Shown: in pieces, positions 43,130-53,933 of the stretch
Position numbering within the stretch: the stretch's first letter is position 1
How the letters are laid out: each line of letters opens with the position of its first letter
DNA from: Aulosira sp. ZfuVER01
GTDB taxonomy: Bacteria > Cyanobacteriota > Cyanobacteriia > Cyanobacteriales > Nostocaceae
Direction: 5' to 3'
Length of the DNA: 64,000 nucleotides
Assembly (NCBI GenBank): GCA_034530615.2
Contig: JAVRCV020000028.1
Coordinates: forward strand, 1-64,000
The notes under the pieces: generated by a model
The model's database searches: none
Told to the model about the DNA's origin: nothing
What the model saw: only the letters and a program-made list of their open reading frames with translations
Translations under genes and position numbers: made by a program

Positions 43130-43708
43130 TTATCTGCCTACTGCTGGATCTTTTTGCAATTCGGGTCTAGCACTTGCTTCATTTGCTTTATCTTTTAAAA
43201 AGCTAGAAGCATCTTGGACAGTTTCTTTGACAGTTTCAAGGCGCTCTTTGACACGAGTGCCTACATTTGGTTCGCGCTGAATTAAACCACCTGGTTCGGG
43301 TTGTTGGAAATTCTTTTCTGTAATTAGTGGTAATTCTGCTTCTTTTTGTAATCTACCTGCTGGTGTTTCTGCACCAGGGTAAAGTATTTCGGATTCGCGA
43401 TTTCCTGTAGTTGTGGCAATCAATAGTGGTGAACTTGGCTCTGGCAAGCTAGCTTGATCGCGCTGATTGCGGCTGCTAGAGTTAGTAACTTTTGGATCGG
43501 TGGACATTCTATAACTGGTATATTTATCCCCACCGTTTTTATATGGATTGTTTGCTCCGCCAGCTTGTACGGCTGGATTTTGAGGATTTGCCCCTTGAGC
43601 ATTTGCTCCACTACAAGCAGTGCTAACTATCAACAATAGACCGGCTAAAAATACAGTCAAAATCTGTCGCAGCCGCAGTTTTTTCAATAAAGCTGTCAAA
43701 CGATTCAC
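43130..43708 (-). CDS. Putative lipoprotein (DUF6658-like)
   Basis: LRQILTVFLAGLLLIVSTAC lipobox; GTG start with GGAGG RBS. Confidence 0.7.
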   Translation of the reverse strand: MNRLTALLKKLRLRQILTVFLAGLLLIVSTACSGANAQGANPQNPAVQAGGANNPYKNGGDKYTSYRMSTDPKVTNSSSRNQRDQASLPEPSSPLLIATTTGNRESEILYPGAETPAGRLQKEAELPLITEKNFQQPEPGGLIQREPNVGTRVKERLETVKETVQDASSFLKDKANEASARPELQKDPAVGR

Positions 43709-44295
43709 TAAGTCCTCCTTTCAACTATGAGCAAGCCAACTTTCGCTGAACATTATTGATTGCTCAGTGAAATTCGCTGCTTTTAATTGACTATTGTTGT
43801 TCAACAATTATTTAGAATATGTGTTTAAAAAAAGCTTTCCCTCTAGCGTAGGTCACATTTGTGATATGCCCAATCCACTATTTTTATCTAACTCAAGAGA
43901 GATATTATCTAAGTTAATTAGTTACTGTTCCCGATTACAGCTATTTAAGCTATTTTCGGTAGTATATACTTTTTCTTATAAATTCATCTCTCTATTTATG
44001 TTTACTAATAAGAGTTTGTTACGGAATATTAAATATAGATGAAATTATAAATCCTATTAATTAATAGACTTTTGATATGTGAGTATGTAAAATCTACAAC
44101 GCTGATTCTCTGATATTTTTATTTGATGATAAAATTTTAGGAATTGTAGTTAAAATTCCATAAGTTCGTTAAAAGAAATACATCAAATGATTTTAATTCA
44201 CCAGTATTGTTGCTCGAATAATTTGTTGATATAGCTGATGTAGCCTAAAATTTGAGATGTTCAGCCCTAGAAGATTTAACCGTTAAATTACTGGA

Positions 44296-45210
44296 ATGTG
44301 GAAGAAAATTTTACGTTGGATGATTTTAGGCGGGACGCTGTTTTTTTTGGGGAAAGCCTTAAAGGATCACTGGTTAGAGGTAATCAATATCCAGATTGAT
44401 GCAATGGGATGGGCTATTTTGGCGATCGCAACTGGTGTAACTTTACTAGCACATACTTGGGCAGGCTGGATCTGGACTTGGGTACTACACGAGTTGAATC
44501 AACCTGTACAATCTTTAGAGTTCATCCAGGTTTACCTCAAAACCAACGTAGCCAAGTATTTACCAGGTAATGTCTGGCACCATTACGGGCGAATTATCGC
44601 CGCCAAAAATGCTACAGGTTCTATAGGTGCGGCTACATTAAGCGTGGTGTTAGAACCACTGCTCATGGCGGCAGCAGCTTTAATTATTATTGTGTTATTT
44701 GGTACTGAATTTGCGGTTGCCAATACTAATATTGTGTGGCAAATATTACAATTTCTCTGTTTGGCTGGGATACTTTGTGCGCTTCATCCCTGGTTTTTGA
44801 ATCCAGTTATTCGGTTTGTACAGAGATTGAAAGCAAAAAAGCTTGAGAAAGATAGCAACTCCAGCTTTAATCTCAAAATTGAACGTTATCCCTTACGCCC
44901 GTTGTTAGGAGAATTAGGTTTTTTGGGACTGCGTGGTACAGGATTTATCTTAACTCTCTTTGCTTTGGGACCTTTAAACGCAAGCCAAATTCCCTTATTG
45001 CTAGGGGCTTTTAGTTTCGCTTGGTTGTTAGGGTTTGTGGTTCCGGGTGCGCCTGGTGGGTTAGGTGTGTTTGAAGCAACCGCGATCGCGCTTTTGCAAC
45101 ATCATTTTCCAGCAGCCTTAGTGATTAGTGCGATCGCACTATATCGTCTGATTAGCATTATCGCTGAAACTGCCGGTGCTGCCCTAGCTTGGCTAGATGA
45201 GCGTTTATAG
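44296..45210 (+). CDS. UPF0104 / lysylphosphatidylglycerol synthase TM-domain (flippase-like) protein
   Basis: AKYLPGNVW, PGAPGGLGVFE, LYRL; multiple TM helices. Confidence 0.85.
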   Translation: MWKKILRWMILGGTLFFLGKALKDHWLEVINIQIDAMGWAILAIATGVTLLAHTWAGWIWTWVLHELNQPVQSLEFIQVYLKTNVAKYLPGNVWHHYGRIIAAKNATGSIGAATLSVVLEPLLMAAAALIIIVLFGTEFAVANTNIVWQILQFLCLAGILCALHPWFLNPVIRFVQRLKAKKLEKDSNSSFNLKIERYPLRPLLGELGFLGLRGTGFILTLFALGPLNASQIPLLLGAFSFAWLLGFVVPGAPGGLGVFEATAIALLQHHFPAALVISAIALYRLISIIAETAGAALAWLDERL

Positions 45211-45228
45211 CTGAATGCTCATCCAGTC

Positions 45229-46560
45229 TTACGTTTGTGCATCTACTTTTAATTGTGAAAATACACGGTAATCATCTAGATTTTGAGAATTACAACTTTG
45301 GTTATCTTCTTTCATTTTAATCAAGTTGTATTCTACATTCTCAGCATAAATTGCAAATGTAATATTAAAAAATTCTAGAAAATTAATAAACCAATTACAT
45401 TCATTTTCGGGATAGCTTTCGTAATAATTAATTAAATCAGCAATCCGAATTTCTAAATGGCTGCGAGCATTTCTACAAATTAAAATAATTTTTAGCAGGA
45501 TAATTACTAATGTCAGAGGATTGCCTCCAGCCAGTAATAAAATAAATAATGGCGAAGGTTCTTTGCCAGTTTCTATTGTTAAAGAATCGATGACTCGGGT
45601 ACAAGTTCTTAATATTAAGTTATTGGTAATAATGTCTTCATTAGATTCTTGTTTCCAAGGATAAAGCTTTTCTGATAAGTGCTGCGTTACAGCAGTTACT
45701 AATTCTTTGTTTTCTACTGTAAAGAATAAATATTTTTGAATACTTTCCTTAAAGTTTTTAAATGTTTGATTTTTTGTCTGCTTGAGAAATATGTTGGCAA
45801 GGTTTTCATAACTAAATACACCTTTTTTCAGTACTATCATTTTGATAATACGTAAAACATTATCGCCCAAAATGCTGGGATTTCTATAGCGGTTTGTACT
45901 TGAAGCCGCAGACTGAGAACGAGCAATATACATTGCTAGTTCAAACTTGTATTTATCTTTCATCTGTTTGGAAAGCTTTCTGGCTACTTCTTGCTGCTCT
46001 TTTGGTCTTTTAGCATCATAAGATTGAGCTACTAATAAATAAGAAGTGTAGCGATTAGCCCAATTATTTTTTCCTTCTTGCTTGAGTGCTTGTTTTTTGT
46101 ATTTAGAAGCTAAAACCTTGAGTGCTTTATAGTCTTGACTTCCAACAAAGTTTTTCAACCAGCCTTGGAAAATCTGAGTGCGAGGATCGGTTGTATCTAT
46201 CGAGGGTTTATAGGTGTCAAATAATTTAATTAATTCTTGGATTTGCTTGTATTTTCTTTGAGCTTCCCAATTATTAACTATGATGTAAAAACAACGTTTT
46301 ACTGTGTAATAAAAATCTTGCTCGGTTTCTAAAAAGGAAATTTCGTAGATTCCTGTAGCTTTACCGAAATTAACTGAGTCAAGAAAATCTATAAATAAAC
46401 GTTTAAACTCGCGTAAAACATCCTCTGACGGCCATTTTTGGACAATTTCTACCAAAAAGCTGTAAAGCTTTTCCTGGGGACTTTGGAGACTAATCTGTTT
46501 AGGTTTAGACTTAACAATATCTTGATGTCCCTGACTACTTTGTAAACTATTAGTTGTCAT
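45229..46560 (-). CDS. Conserved cyanobacterial hypothetical protein
   Basis: Long intact ORF; W.NRYTSYLLV.Q, KFELAMY.ARSQ, NPSILG motifs; no recognisable catalytic motif. Confidence 0.7.
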   Translation of the reverse strand: MTTNSLQSSQGHQDIVKSKPKQISLQSPQEKLYSFLVEIVQKWPSEDVLREFKRLFIDFLDSVNFGKATGIYEISFLETEQDFYYTVKRCFYIIVNNWEAQRKYKQIQELIKLFDTYKPSIDTTDPRTQIFQGWLKNFVGSQDYKALKVLASKYKKQALKQEGKNNWANRYTSYLLVAQSYDAKRPKEQQEVARKLSKQMKDKYKFELAMYIARSQSAASSTNRYRNPSILGDNVLRIIKMIVLKKGVFSYENLANIFLKQTKNQTFKNFKESIQKYLFFTVENKELVTAVTQHLSEKLYPWKQESNEDIITNNLILRTCTRVIDSLTIETGKEPSPLFILLLAGGNPLTLVIILLKIILICRNARSHLEIRIADLINYYESYPENECNWFINFLEFFNITFAIYAENVEYNLIKMKEDNQSCNSQNLDDYRVFSQLKVDAQT

Positions 46561-47037
46561 GCCTGCTTTAAAGACCCAGAAGCTTGCTGATTTTATTGTT
46601 ATCAGCTTAACCTTGGTAAACAAGAGCTTCAATCTGTTATTCAAAAATTAAGTAATTTTTTTGGCTAAATTTGTTTAGGAATAGTAAAATTTCCGAGAAA
46701 TTACGGAAGCTAAATTTTAAAAATTAACTTAATCCTTTGCACCGAGAGCAGTTCAGAGGAATTGAGTAAGAGACTTCTAAATAAAAAATATCCCATCGCG
46801 TTGAGGGTAGGGGGCTTCCAGGTAGTGTATTTCGAGTCTAGTGAAGACTTGGAAATGACCGCAAAAAACCCAGTTACTAGAAGCAATTAACAGCGAACTC
46901 CTAGAACCTGCGATCGCAAAACTAAAAAAAGTTTAGTAGTAATTATCGAGGGGATCGGGGTTTCAGGCTTCAGTGCGTAACAAAAAAAGGGGCAGGCAAC
47001 CCCACCCCATTTATCTAAACCAGGAAACCCAAACTTT

Positions 47038-49251
47038 CTATACCAGAACCTTAGCCAAAATTGGTTCTACACTGGTAGCAATTTCTGGGACATACACCTG
47101 AGAAACGTAGTCTGCAATCATTCTGTCGGTGTTGAACAGTGGAGAATTTGTCTTAATTGATGCTTTCATCATCTGCACCCAACGCTGGGGAACACCTTGA
47201 GCATTTTGGTCATAGTACAGGGGAACAATTTCTTCTTCCAACAGCTGATAGAGCGATCGCGAATCTATGCGATCCTGTAATTCTTGATCGCTAGTATGCG
47301 CATCTTCACCAATTGCCCAACCATTAAGTCCTTTGCCATCGCTGCCGGCTTTGTAGCCTTCGCACCACCAGCCATCAAGGACGCTGCAATTCAAACCACC
47401 GTTAAAGCAGACTTTTTGCCCACTTGTACCAGAGGCTTCTAAAGGACGACGGGGGTTATTTAACCACACATCCACACCTTGCACCAGTTTTTGTCCGGTG
47501 TAAATGTCGTAATCTTCAATAAAGGCGACTCGGTTAATAATCGCTGAATTGTGACACCACTCCATCAATCTTTGGATAATCCGCTTGCCTTCTTCATCGG
47601 CTGGGTGTGCTTTACCTGCAAAGACAATTTGTACTGGACGTTGGGTATTGCCAAAAATTTTCAACGCCCGTTCGGCATCACGTAAAATTAGATCTCCACG
47701 TTTGTAAGGGCTAAAACGTCGGGCAAATCCAATAGTGAGTACGTCGGGATCGAGTAGGGTTTCAGTCGCTTGAATTAGTTCGTAACTTTCACCCCGTTGT
47801 TCCCGTGCTTTTTTGACTTTATAACGGGTGAAGGCAATCAATCTTTCCTTCAGCACTCGATGTCGCCACCACAGTTCCTCATCGGGAATTGCATCAACCT
47901 TCGCCCACATTTCGGGGTTCATGGCCTGAGTTTTCCAATCTTCTCCCAAATACTGATTGTACAAGTCAGCTAATAAGGGAGCAGTCCAAGTAGGTGCATG
48001 AACGCCATTAGTAATGTAACCAATGGGGACTTTAGCTTCGGAATGTTGGGGATAAAGAACTGTCCACATTTTGCGGGAAACTTGACCGTGCAATTCACTT
48101 ACGCCATTACAAGCACGAGTCATCCGCAACGCCAAAACGGTCATACCAAAGGGTTCCCAAGGATCGCCCAGTCTTCTCGCACCTAATGCCAAAAATTGCT
48201 CGCGGGAAAGTCGTAATTGCGTCCAGTAGTGCGCAAAGTAGGAATCGATTAAATCGGGTGAGAAGACATCGTGTCCGGCGGGAACGGGGGTATGGGTGGT
48301 GAATACGCAACGATTCCGTACTGTGGCTTCAATGTCATAGAAAGATTTGCCAGTCCGTTCGATTTCTAAACGGGCAACTTCTAATGTACAGAAGGCGGCG
48401 TGTCCTTCGTTGAGGTGATAGACAGCAGGTTGAATTCCTAAAGCATCTAATGCTCTGACACCACCAATACCTAATACTACTTCTTGGGCGATGCGGGTTT
48501 CTAAGTTACCGCCGTAGAGGTGTCCAGTTAACCAGCGGTCAATGGGATCGTTGTCTTCGCGATCGCTATCGAGTAAATATAATGTGACTCGCCCTACTTG
48601 TACTTTCCAAATTTGAACTTTTACCAGCCGTTGGCGAACTTGTAATTGGATAGTCAGCGGTTCCCCATTTTGAGTTCTAATTAACTCAATTGGCATCCTT
48701 TGGAAGGGGTTATCAATGTAGTAATCTTCTTGCCAGCCATGACGATTTAAGCGTTGGCGGAAGTAACCTTGGCGATACAGCAAGCCCACACCCACCATCG
48801 GTACGCCTAAATCAGACGATGATTTCAGGTGATCCCCGGCGAGAATGCCTAAGCCGCCAGAGTAAACTGGTAGGGATTCATGAATGCCAAATTCTGCGCA
48901 GAAATAGGCGATAGGGTGTTCTTTGCTAAGTTGCGGTGCAACGCGACTTACCCATGTATCTTGCTGAAGCAGATATTGGTCAAACTCACGCGCTAAGGCA
49001 GATATCTGCTTCAGATAAAATGGGTCTTCTGCTAATTGAGTCAAACGTTCGTAGCTTGCTGACTCTAAAATTGCCACTGGGTTATGCCCACAGCGTTCCC
49101 ATTCTTGGGGATCAATAGTTTGGAATAAGGCTACGCGATCGCCACTCCAACTCCACCAATAGTTATAAGCCAAATCTGCCAAACGCTTCAGCGGAAAAGG
49201 TAACTTTTCACTTAAGCGTAAAGCTGCGTTAATTGCACTACTATGAGCCAT
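47038..49251 (-). CDS. glgP: Alpha-glucan (glycogen) phosphorylase
   Basis: YSGGLGILAGD, HLNEGH, FTTHTPVPAGHD, EASGTSGQK PLP site. Confidence 0.96.
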   Translation of the reverse strand: MAHSSAINAALRLSEKLPFPLKRLADLAYNYWWSWSGDRVALFQTIDPQEWERCGHNPVAILESASYERLTQLAEDPFYLKQISALAREFDQYLLQQDTWVSRVAPQLSKEHPIAYFCAEFGIHESLPVYSGGLGILAGDHLKSSSDLGVPMVGVGLLYRQGYFRQRLNRHGWQEDYYIDNPFQRMPIELIRTQNGEPLTIQLQVRQRLVKVQIWKVQVGRVTLYLLDSDREDNDPIDRWLTGHLYGGNLETRIAQEVVLGIGGVRALDALGIQPAVYHLNEGHAAFCTLEVARLEIERTGKSFYDIEATVRNRCVFTTHTPVPAGHDVFSPDLIDSYFAHYWTQLRLSREQFLALGARRLGDPWEPFGMTVLALRMTRACNGVSELHGQVSRKMWTVLYPQHSEAKVPIGYITNGVHAPTWTAPLLADLYNQYLGEDWKTQAMNPEMWAKVDAIPDEELWWRHRVLKERLIAFTRYKVKKAREQRGESYELIQATETLLDPDVLTIGFARRFSPYKRGDLILRDAERALKIFGNTQRPVQIVFAGKAHPADEEGKRIIQRLMEWCHNSAIINRVAFIEDYDIYTGQKLVQGVDVWLNNPRRPLEASGTSGQKVCFNGGLNCSVLDGWWCEGYKAGSDGKGLNGWAIGEDAHTSDQELQDRIDSRSLYQLLEEEIVPLYYDQNAQGVPQRWVQMMKASIKTNSPLFNTDRMIADYVSQVYVPEIATSVEPILAKVLV

Positions 49252-49858
49252 AAAACTTTAAACTCTCTGTTAGTTTTTTCTATTTCACTTCACATTTGAT
49301 GCCCAAATAATTGCTCTTCAGGTTAATTGCAACTGAGTCTTCTTTGATGATTTATCACCTGAAGTCGGAGTAGGTTATCGACATCAACTCCGAACCAATT
49401 TAATGGTTTTTCTTTTTTCTATCTTTTACAGATTATCTCTGCTTTTGAGTATTTTTTTTATCAATTTCAATCACATTATTTTAATTAAGCTATTCTCTTG
49501 TTAAGAATTATTTTGTAATTGTAATATTCAAAAATAATTTCAGATGAAACTTGACTGAACAAAGGCAGAGGGGCTTTATTATGACATCTGCCTTCCTACT
49601 TCTGCCTTCCTAACATTGTCATTACTAAACTAATTTTTAACAGTTAAATACTGTATTTTTACTGTGATTTATCGAAAATTTGAATAAATTCCCTACACTT
49701 AAACTTTAAGTCAAATTAATGTGAAATCGGCGGTTAGAAACCACATCTACACAAACAAAACCTGCCGACTCAGGGCTTGAAAACCTTAAAGTCGGGAATC
49801 TGACCAGCTGGGATCGGGTGTAGAATGGCAGCGACACAACCTTTCACAGGAGAGATAC

Positions 49859-50509
49859 GTGAGCATTTATCTCGATTCGGCAATCATCGCTGAAGCCCAG
49901 GCTGCTCAGAAATTGGGTTGGGTAAAGGGGATCACAACCAACCCAACTCTTTTGGCAAAAAGCGATTTACCAGTAGAGACTGCACTCAAACAACTGGCAC
50001 AGTTGACTACAGGCCCCGTGTTTTACCAGTTGATGTCATCTGACTTTGATGAGATGTTGGCAGAAGGACGGGCGGCTTTTGAAATTATTGGCAAGCAGAC
50101 TGTATTGAAGATTCCCGCATCATTAGTTGGCTTTCAGGTAGTTGCAGCATTAGCAGGAGAAATTTCCTGTGCTGTCACAGGAATATATCATGCATCCCAA
50201 GCAGCTGTAGCCAGAGAGGCGGGTGCAAAATATGCGATCGCTTATGTGAATCGAGCTACTAAACTTTTAGGTGATGGAGCAGCCTTGGTACAGCAGATGG
50301 CTAGTGTGGTGGCAGGTAGCAGTACAGAAATTATGGCAGCTAGTATCAAATCTCCCGAAGAAGCAGTAGCATCCCTCCAAGCAGGTGCTAATCATCTGAC
50401 TCTACCTTTGGGAATGTTGCAAGCTATGACCACACATGAACTTTCCCTGCAAACTATTGATGAATTTGCCAAAAATGGGCGTGGCATTTGGATATCTTGT
50501 AAGTTGTGA
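49859..50509 (+). CDS. Transaldolase / fructose-6-phosphate aldolase family protein
   Basis: YLDSA, GITTNPTL, VLKIP, YVNR, AASIK. Confidence 0.9.
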   Translation: MSIYLDSAIIAEAQAAQKLGWVKGITTNPTLLAKSDLPVETALKQLAQLTTGPVFYQLMSSDFDEMLAEGRAAFEIIGKQTVLKIPASLVGFQVVAALAGEISCAVTGIYHASQAAVAREAGAKYAIAYVNRATKLLGDGAALVQQMASVVAGSSTEIMAASIKSPEEAVASLQAGANHLTLPLGMLQAMTTHELSLQTIDEFAKNGRGIWISCKL

Positions 50510-50599
50510 GTCCAGAGTTCAATGACCATTGACAGACAATTAACACCTTAATAGCACCACAAGCAGATTAGGATATAATTGCAGCGCTTTGGGAAAATA

Positions 50600-50806
50600 A
50601 TGGCAGAAAAAATCACTGCTGTATTTGATGGCAGGGTGTTCTATCCTACTGAATCAATAGCCTTACCAGCCAATACTCGTGTACGGCTGAGTATCGAAGT
50701 TTTACCGCAGGAGAAACAGGAGAGTGTATCATTTCTAATGACCGCGCGATCGCTCAATCTCTCAGGGCCAGCTGATTGGTCTACCAAAATTGACAAATAT
50801 TTGTAG
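50600..50806 (+). CDS. Antitoxin (AF2212/DUF104-like)
   Basis: ITAVFDGRVFYPTESIALP.NTRV; GPADWS..IDKYL C-terminus; precedes a PIN gene. Confidence 0.78.
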   Translation: MAEKITAVFDGRVFYPTESIALPANTRVRLSIEVLPQEKQESVSFLMTARSLNLSGPADWSTKIDKYL

Positions 50807-50822
50807 GGTCTAAAAATTCAGC

Positions 50823-51251
50823 ATGAGGTCTGAAGTCTTTCTTGATACAACATTTGCGATCGCCTTGGCTGCACCGCAAGATAACTTGCATCGGCGTGCT
50901 GTCCACCTAGCAGAACTTTTAGAAACAGCAGGCACACGGTTAGTGACAACACAAGCCGTGATGTTAGAAATTGGCAATATTTTATCTAAACAACCATTAC
51001 GTCATGGGGCAGTCACCTTATTAAATGCCCTAGCCGCAGACTCTAGAGTAGAAATTGTACCTCTATCTCAGGAACTCTATGATAGAGCTTTCCAACTATT
51101 TTGCGATCGCTCTGAGAAAGAGTGGCAATTTAGTGATTGCGTATCTTTTATTGTCATGCAATATAGCGGAATTACCGAAGCTTTAACTGCCAATGAACAT
51201 TTTCTCCAGGCAGGATTTCGGGCATTATTGCGAGAAGAGTTACCTTATTGA
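50823..51251 (+). CDS. PIN-domain (VapC-like) toxin
   Basis: VFLDT, VMLEIGN, SDCVSF..M, ALT.NEHF.QAGF. Confidence 0.88.
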   Translation: MRSEVFLDTTFAIALAAPQDNLHRRAVHLAELLETAGTRLVTTQAVMLEIGNILSKQPLRHGAVTLLNALAADSRVEIVPLSQELYDRAFQLFCDRSEKEWQFSDCVSFIVMQYSGITEALTANEHFLQAGFRALLREELPY

Positions 51252-51302
51252 AATAGTTAGCACAAACGAAGTACCATTTGGCAATTTACATCCAGAGGCG
51301 AT

Positions 51303-51707
51303 GTTTCAATCCCCTTGCGGGGTAATAGTTAGCGGAAACTCCGTAGGTTTAGGACAACATCCCATACGGCAAGTTTCAATCCCCTTGCGGGGTAATAGTT
51401 AGCGGAAACTTGGCAGACCACCGGGCCGTTCGTTTAGAAAATGGCGGTTTCAATCCCCTTGCGGGGTAATAGTTAGCGGAAACTTATGGTGGTCGCGCCG
51501 ATGCTGGCATGATCGTAGAACGTTTCAATCCCCTTGCGGGGTAATAGTTAGCGGAAACTCCCCAATTCACCCTGCAAAAAGCTTGATATCGACCCGTTTC
51601 AATCCCCTTGCGGGGTAATAGTTAGCGGAAACACTGTGGTTGATGCTGATGGAAAGGTAGTAGCGGCGATGTTTCAATCCCCTTGCGGGGTAATAGTTAG
51701 CGGAAAC
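51303..51707 (-). CRISPR. CRISPR array: 6 identical 37-bp repeats, 5 spacers of 33-38 bp, plus one extra spacer and a truncated trailer repeat at 51252-51302
   Basis: Repeat on + is GTTTCAATCCCCTTGCGGGGTAATAGTTAGCGGAAAC, at 51303, 51373, 51447, 51522, 51596, 51671. Minus-strand reading ends ATTGAAAC and has a CCCC-GCAA-GGGG hairpin. Confidence 0.98.
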
Positions 51708-51930
51708 CCTGCGGTATTGAAACTGTTACAGAGCAAGGTTCCTGGGAAGGGTTTTGGCAGAGCGAAAATTTTGGTCATTTTCAGCCGACCTTATTGCAAC
51801 TAATTTGCATCTTCCCAAAGTTTTAAAACGCTGCAATTATTGATTTGTCAAGGTTCTGGCGATTTTGGCGCAGCCCTGGAGTTTTTGCCCCCACTTCGAC
51901 TTGCCAAAAATTGATTTAGTAGCATCATAA
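51708..51930 (-). promoter_or_regulatory. CRISPR leader
   Basis: Non-coding flank opposite the degenerate repeat; repeated CAAGGTT motif (51734, 51849). Boundaries are approximate. Confidence 0.65.
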
Positions 51931-51985
51931 AATGCTCATCGACTTTTGTCGAGATGTTAGTAAACTACACCAATTTGACAAAAGT

Positions 51986-52064
51986 AGGACTTACGCAAGA
52001 ACTCTCTCAAACTCTTATAGCTTCGTGTCCTTTGCGTCCTTTGCGGTTCGTTTTTGTAAGTTCT
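51986..52064. mobile_element. Short MITE-like element
   Basis: AGGACTTACG...TGTAAGTTCT imperfect TIRs around CTTTGCGTC tandem repeats. Confidence 0.5.
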
Positions 52065-52232
52065 GAAAAGAATACCACAGATACATTTGTAGGATCAGGC
52101 TTTCCCAAATGTAACTTTCGCCACTTTTATGATCTTTTCATCTGTACAAGGCGAACAGAAAGAGATTTGCCAAGTTTGATACATATTTATTAAGAATAGT
52201 TACAAAAGCCGTAACACAAGGAAACATTTCTT

Positions 52233-53594
52233 ATGGTAAATTCGCTTGATAATAACCCACCCCATCAGGTTGTTATAGTTGGTGGTGGCTTTGGGGGGTT
52301 GTATGCAGCAAAAGCACTTGCCAAGGCTCCGGTTAACGTTACGCTTATTGATAAACGCAACTTTCATTTATTTCAACCACTGCTGTACCAAGTCGCCACA
52401 GGTAATTTATCACCCGCTGATATTTCCTCACCCTTGCGATCGGTGCTGAGTAAGAGCAAAAATACTAAAGTATTGCTGGGATCTGTAAATGATATCGATC
52501 CAGAAGCACAGAAAGTGCTGGTTGACGGTGAAGCAATACCTTACGATACGTTGATTGTAGCTACAGGTGCCAAGCATTCCTACTTTGGTAAAGACGACTG
52601 GGAAGAATTCGCGCCTGGGTTAAAAACAGTGGAAGATGCGATAGAAATGCGTCGCCGGATTTTTACAGCATTTGAAGCAGCAGAGAAAGAACCCGATCCC
52701 GTAAAACGCCGTGCCTGGTTAACTTTTGTGATTGTCGGTGGTGGCCCTACAGGGGTAGAATTAGCAGGTGCGATCGCAGAGTTAGCATACCAAACCCTCA
52801 AAGAAGATTTTCGCAACATCGATACATCAGAAGCCAGAATTCTTTTATTAGAAGGTATGGATCGTATCCTGCCACCCTTTGCACCCGATTTATCACAAGC
52901 AGCAGAAAAATCTCTCAAAGAATTGGGCGTTATTGTCCAAACAAAAACATTAGTAACAAATATAGAAGATGATATTGTTACCCTTAAACAAGGTGATGGA
53001 CTTAGAGAAATTGCCTCAAAAACAATATTATGGGCAGCAGGTGTGAAAGCATCCCCAATGGGGAAAGTCTTAGCAGAACGTACAGGGGTTGAACTCGATC
53101 GTGCAGGACGAGTTATTGTTGAATCTGACTTAAGTGTTAAAGGATATGCCAATATTTTTGTAGTTGGTGACTTAGCAAACTTTTCTCATCAAGATGGCAA
53201 ACCTTTACCCGGTGTTGCACCAGTAGCCAAGCAAGAAGGAGAATACGTTGCCAAACTAATTGAACAGCGACTTCAAGGTAATATTTTGCCACCGTTTAAT
53301 TACATTAACCGGGGTAGTTTAGCAATGATTGGGCAAAATTCGGCTGTTGTAGATTTAGGATTTATTAAGCTTAGAGGTTTCTTTGCATGGCTATTTTGGC
53401 TCTTAGTGCATATATACTTTTTAATTGAGTTTGATAACAAATTAATAGTGATGATTCAGTGGGCATGGAACTATATCACCCGCAATCGTGGTGCAAGATT
53501 AATTACAGGAGCAGAATCGCTAACCCTAACAACATTTGACGATAGTCATAGTTATTACTCGTCAGAAAAAAGTAAACAAGCCATTAACGTTTAG
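52233..53594 (+). CDS. Type-2 NADH dehydrogenase (NDH-2)
   Basis: Two GxGxxG motifs (GGGFGG, GGGPTGVELAG), FQPLLYQVATG, PGLKTVEDA, LPGVAPVAKQEG. Confidence 0.92.
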   Translation: MVNSLDNNPPHQVVIVGGGFGGLYAAKALAKAPVNVTLIDKRNFHLFQPLLYQVATGNLSPADISSPLRSVLSKSKNTKVLLGSVNDIDPEAQKVLVDGEAIPYDTLIVATGAKHSYFGKDDWEEFAPGLKTVEDAIEMRRRIFTAFEAAEKEPDPVKRRAWLTFVIVGGGPTGVELAGAIAELAYQTLKEDFRNIDTSEARILLLEGMDRILPPFAPDLSQAAEKSLKELGVIVQTKTLVTNIEDDIVTLKQGDGLREIASKTILWAAGVKASPMGKVLAERTGVELDRAGRVIVESDLSVKGYANIFVVGDLANFSHQDGKPLPGVAPVAKQEGEYVAKLIEQRLQGNILPPFNYINRGSLAMIGQNSAVVDLGFIKLRGFFAWLFWLLVHIYFLIEFDNKLIVMIQWAWNYITRNRGARLITGAESLTLTTFDDSHSYYSSEKSKQAINV

Positions 53595-53699
53595 TAATTC
53601 AGTCAACAGGCCAACACAGATGAACCTGATTCTTTATCGGTGTTCATCTGTGGTTCATTGTATGATATTCGTGTTTTTGCAATAATTTTAATAATTAAT

Positions 53700-53823
53700 A
53701 TGATATCCGGTTGAACACTTGTCATTGCGACCGGAGGGAAGCAATCGCAAATATCTTGGGATTGCGTCGTTCCACTTCGTTGCACTCGCAATGACATATC
53801 ACAACTAATTTAGCGGACATGAT
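53700..53823. mobile_element. MITE-like element with a long palindrome
   Basis: TGTCATTGCGA (53720)...TCGCAATGACA (53796) inside imperfect TIRs ATGATATCCG / CGGACATGAT. Confidence 0.55.
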
Positions 53824-53933
53824 ATAAACGCTGATAAACACCGATAAATCAAGATATATCATCAATATCGGAGATTTCTGATAACCCAACATACCTTAAC
53901 TGAACAGTATTAATCCATCACCAATGGCAATAA

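Noticed and set aside
51193..51402. 69-aa ORF downstream of the PIN gene
   Set aside because: It reads through CRISPR repeats and spacers
51268..51670. Self-targeting spacers
   Set aside because: No match to the window noticed by eye; a proper alignment was not possible
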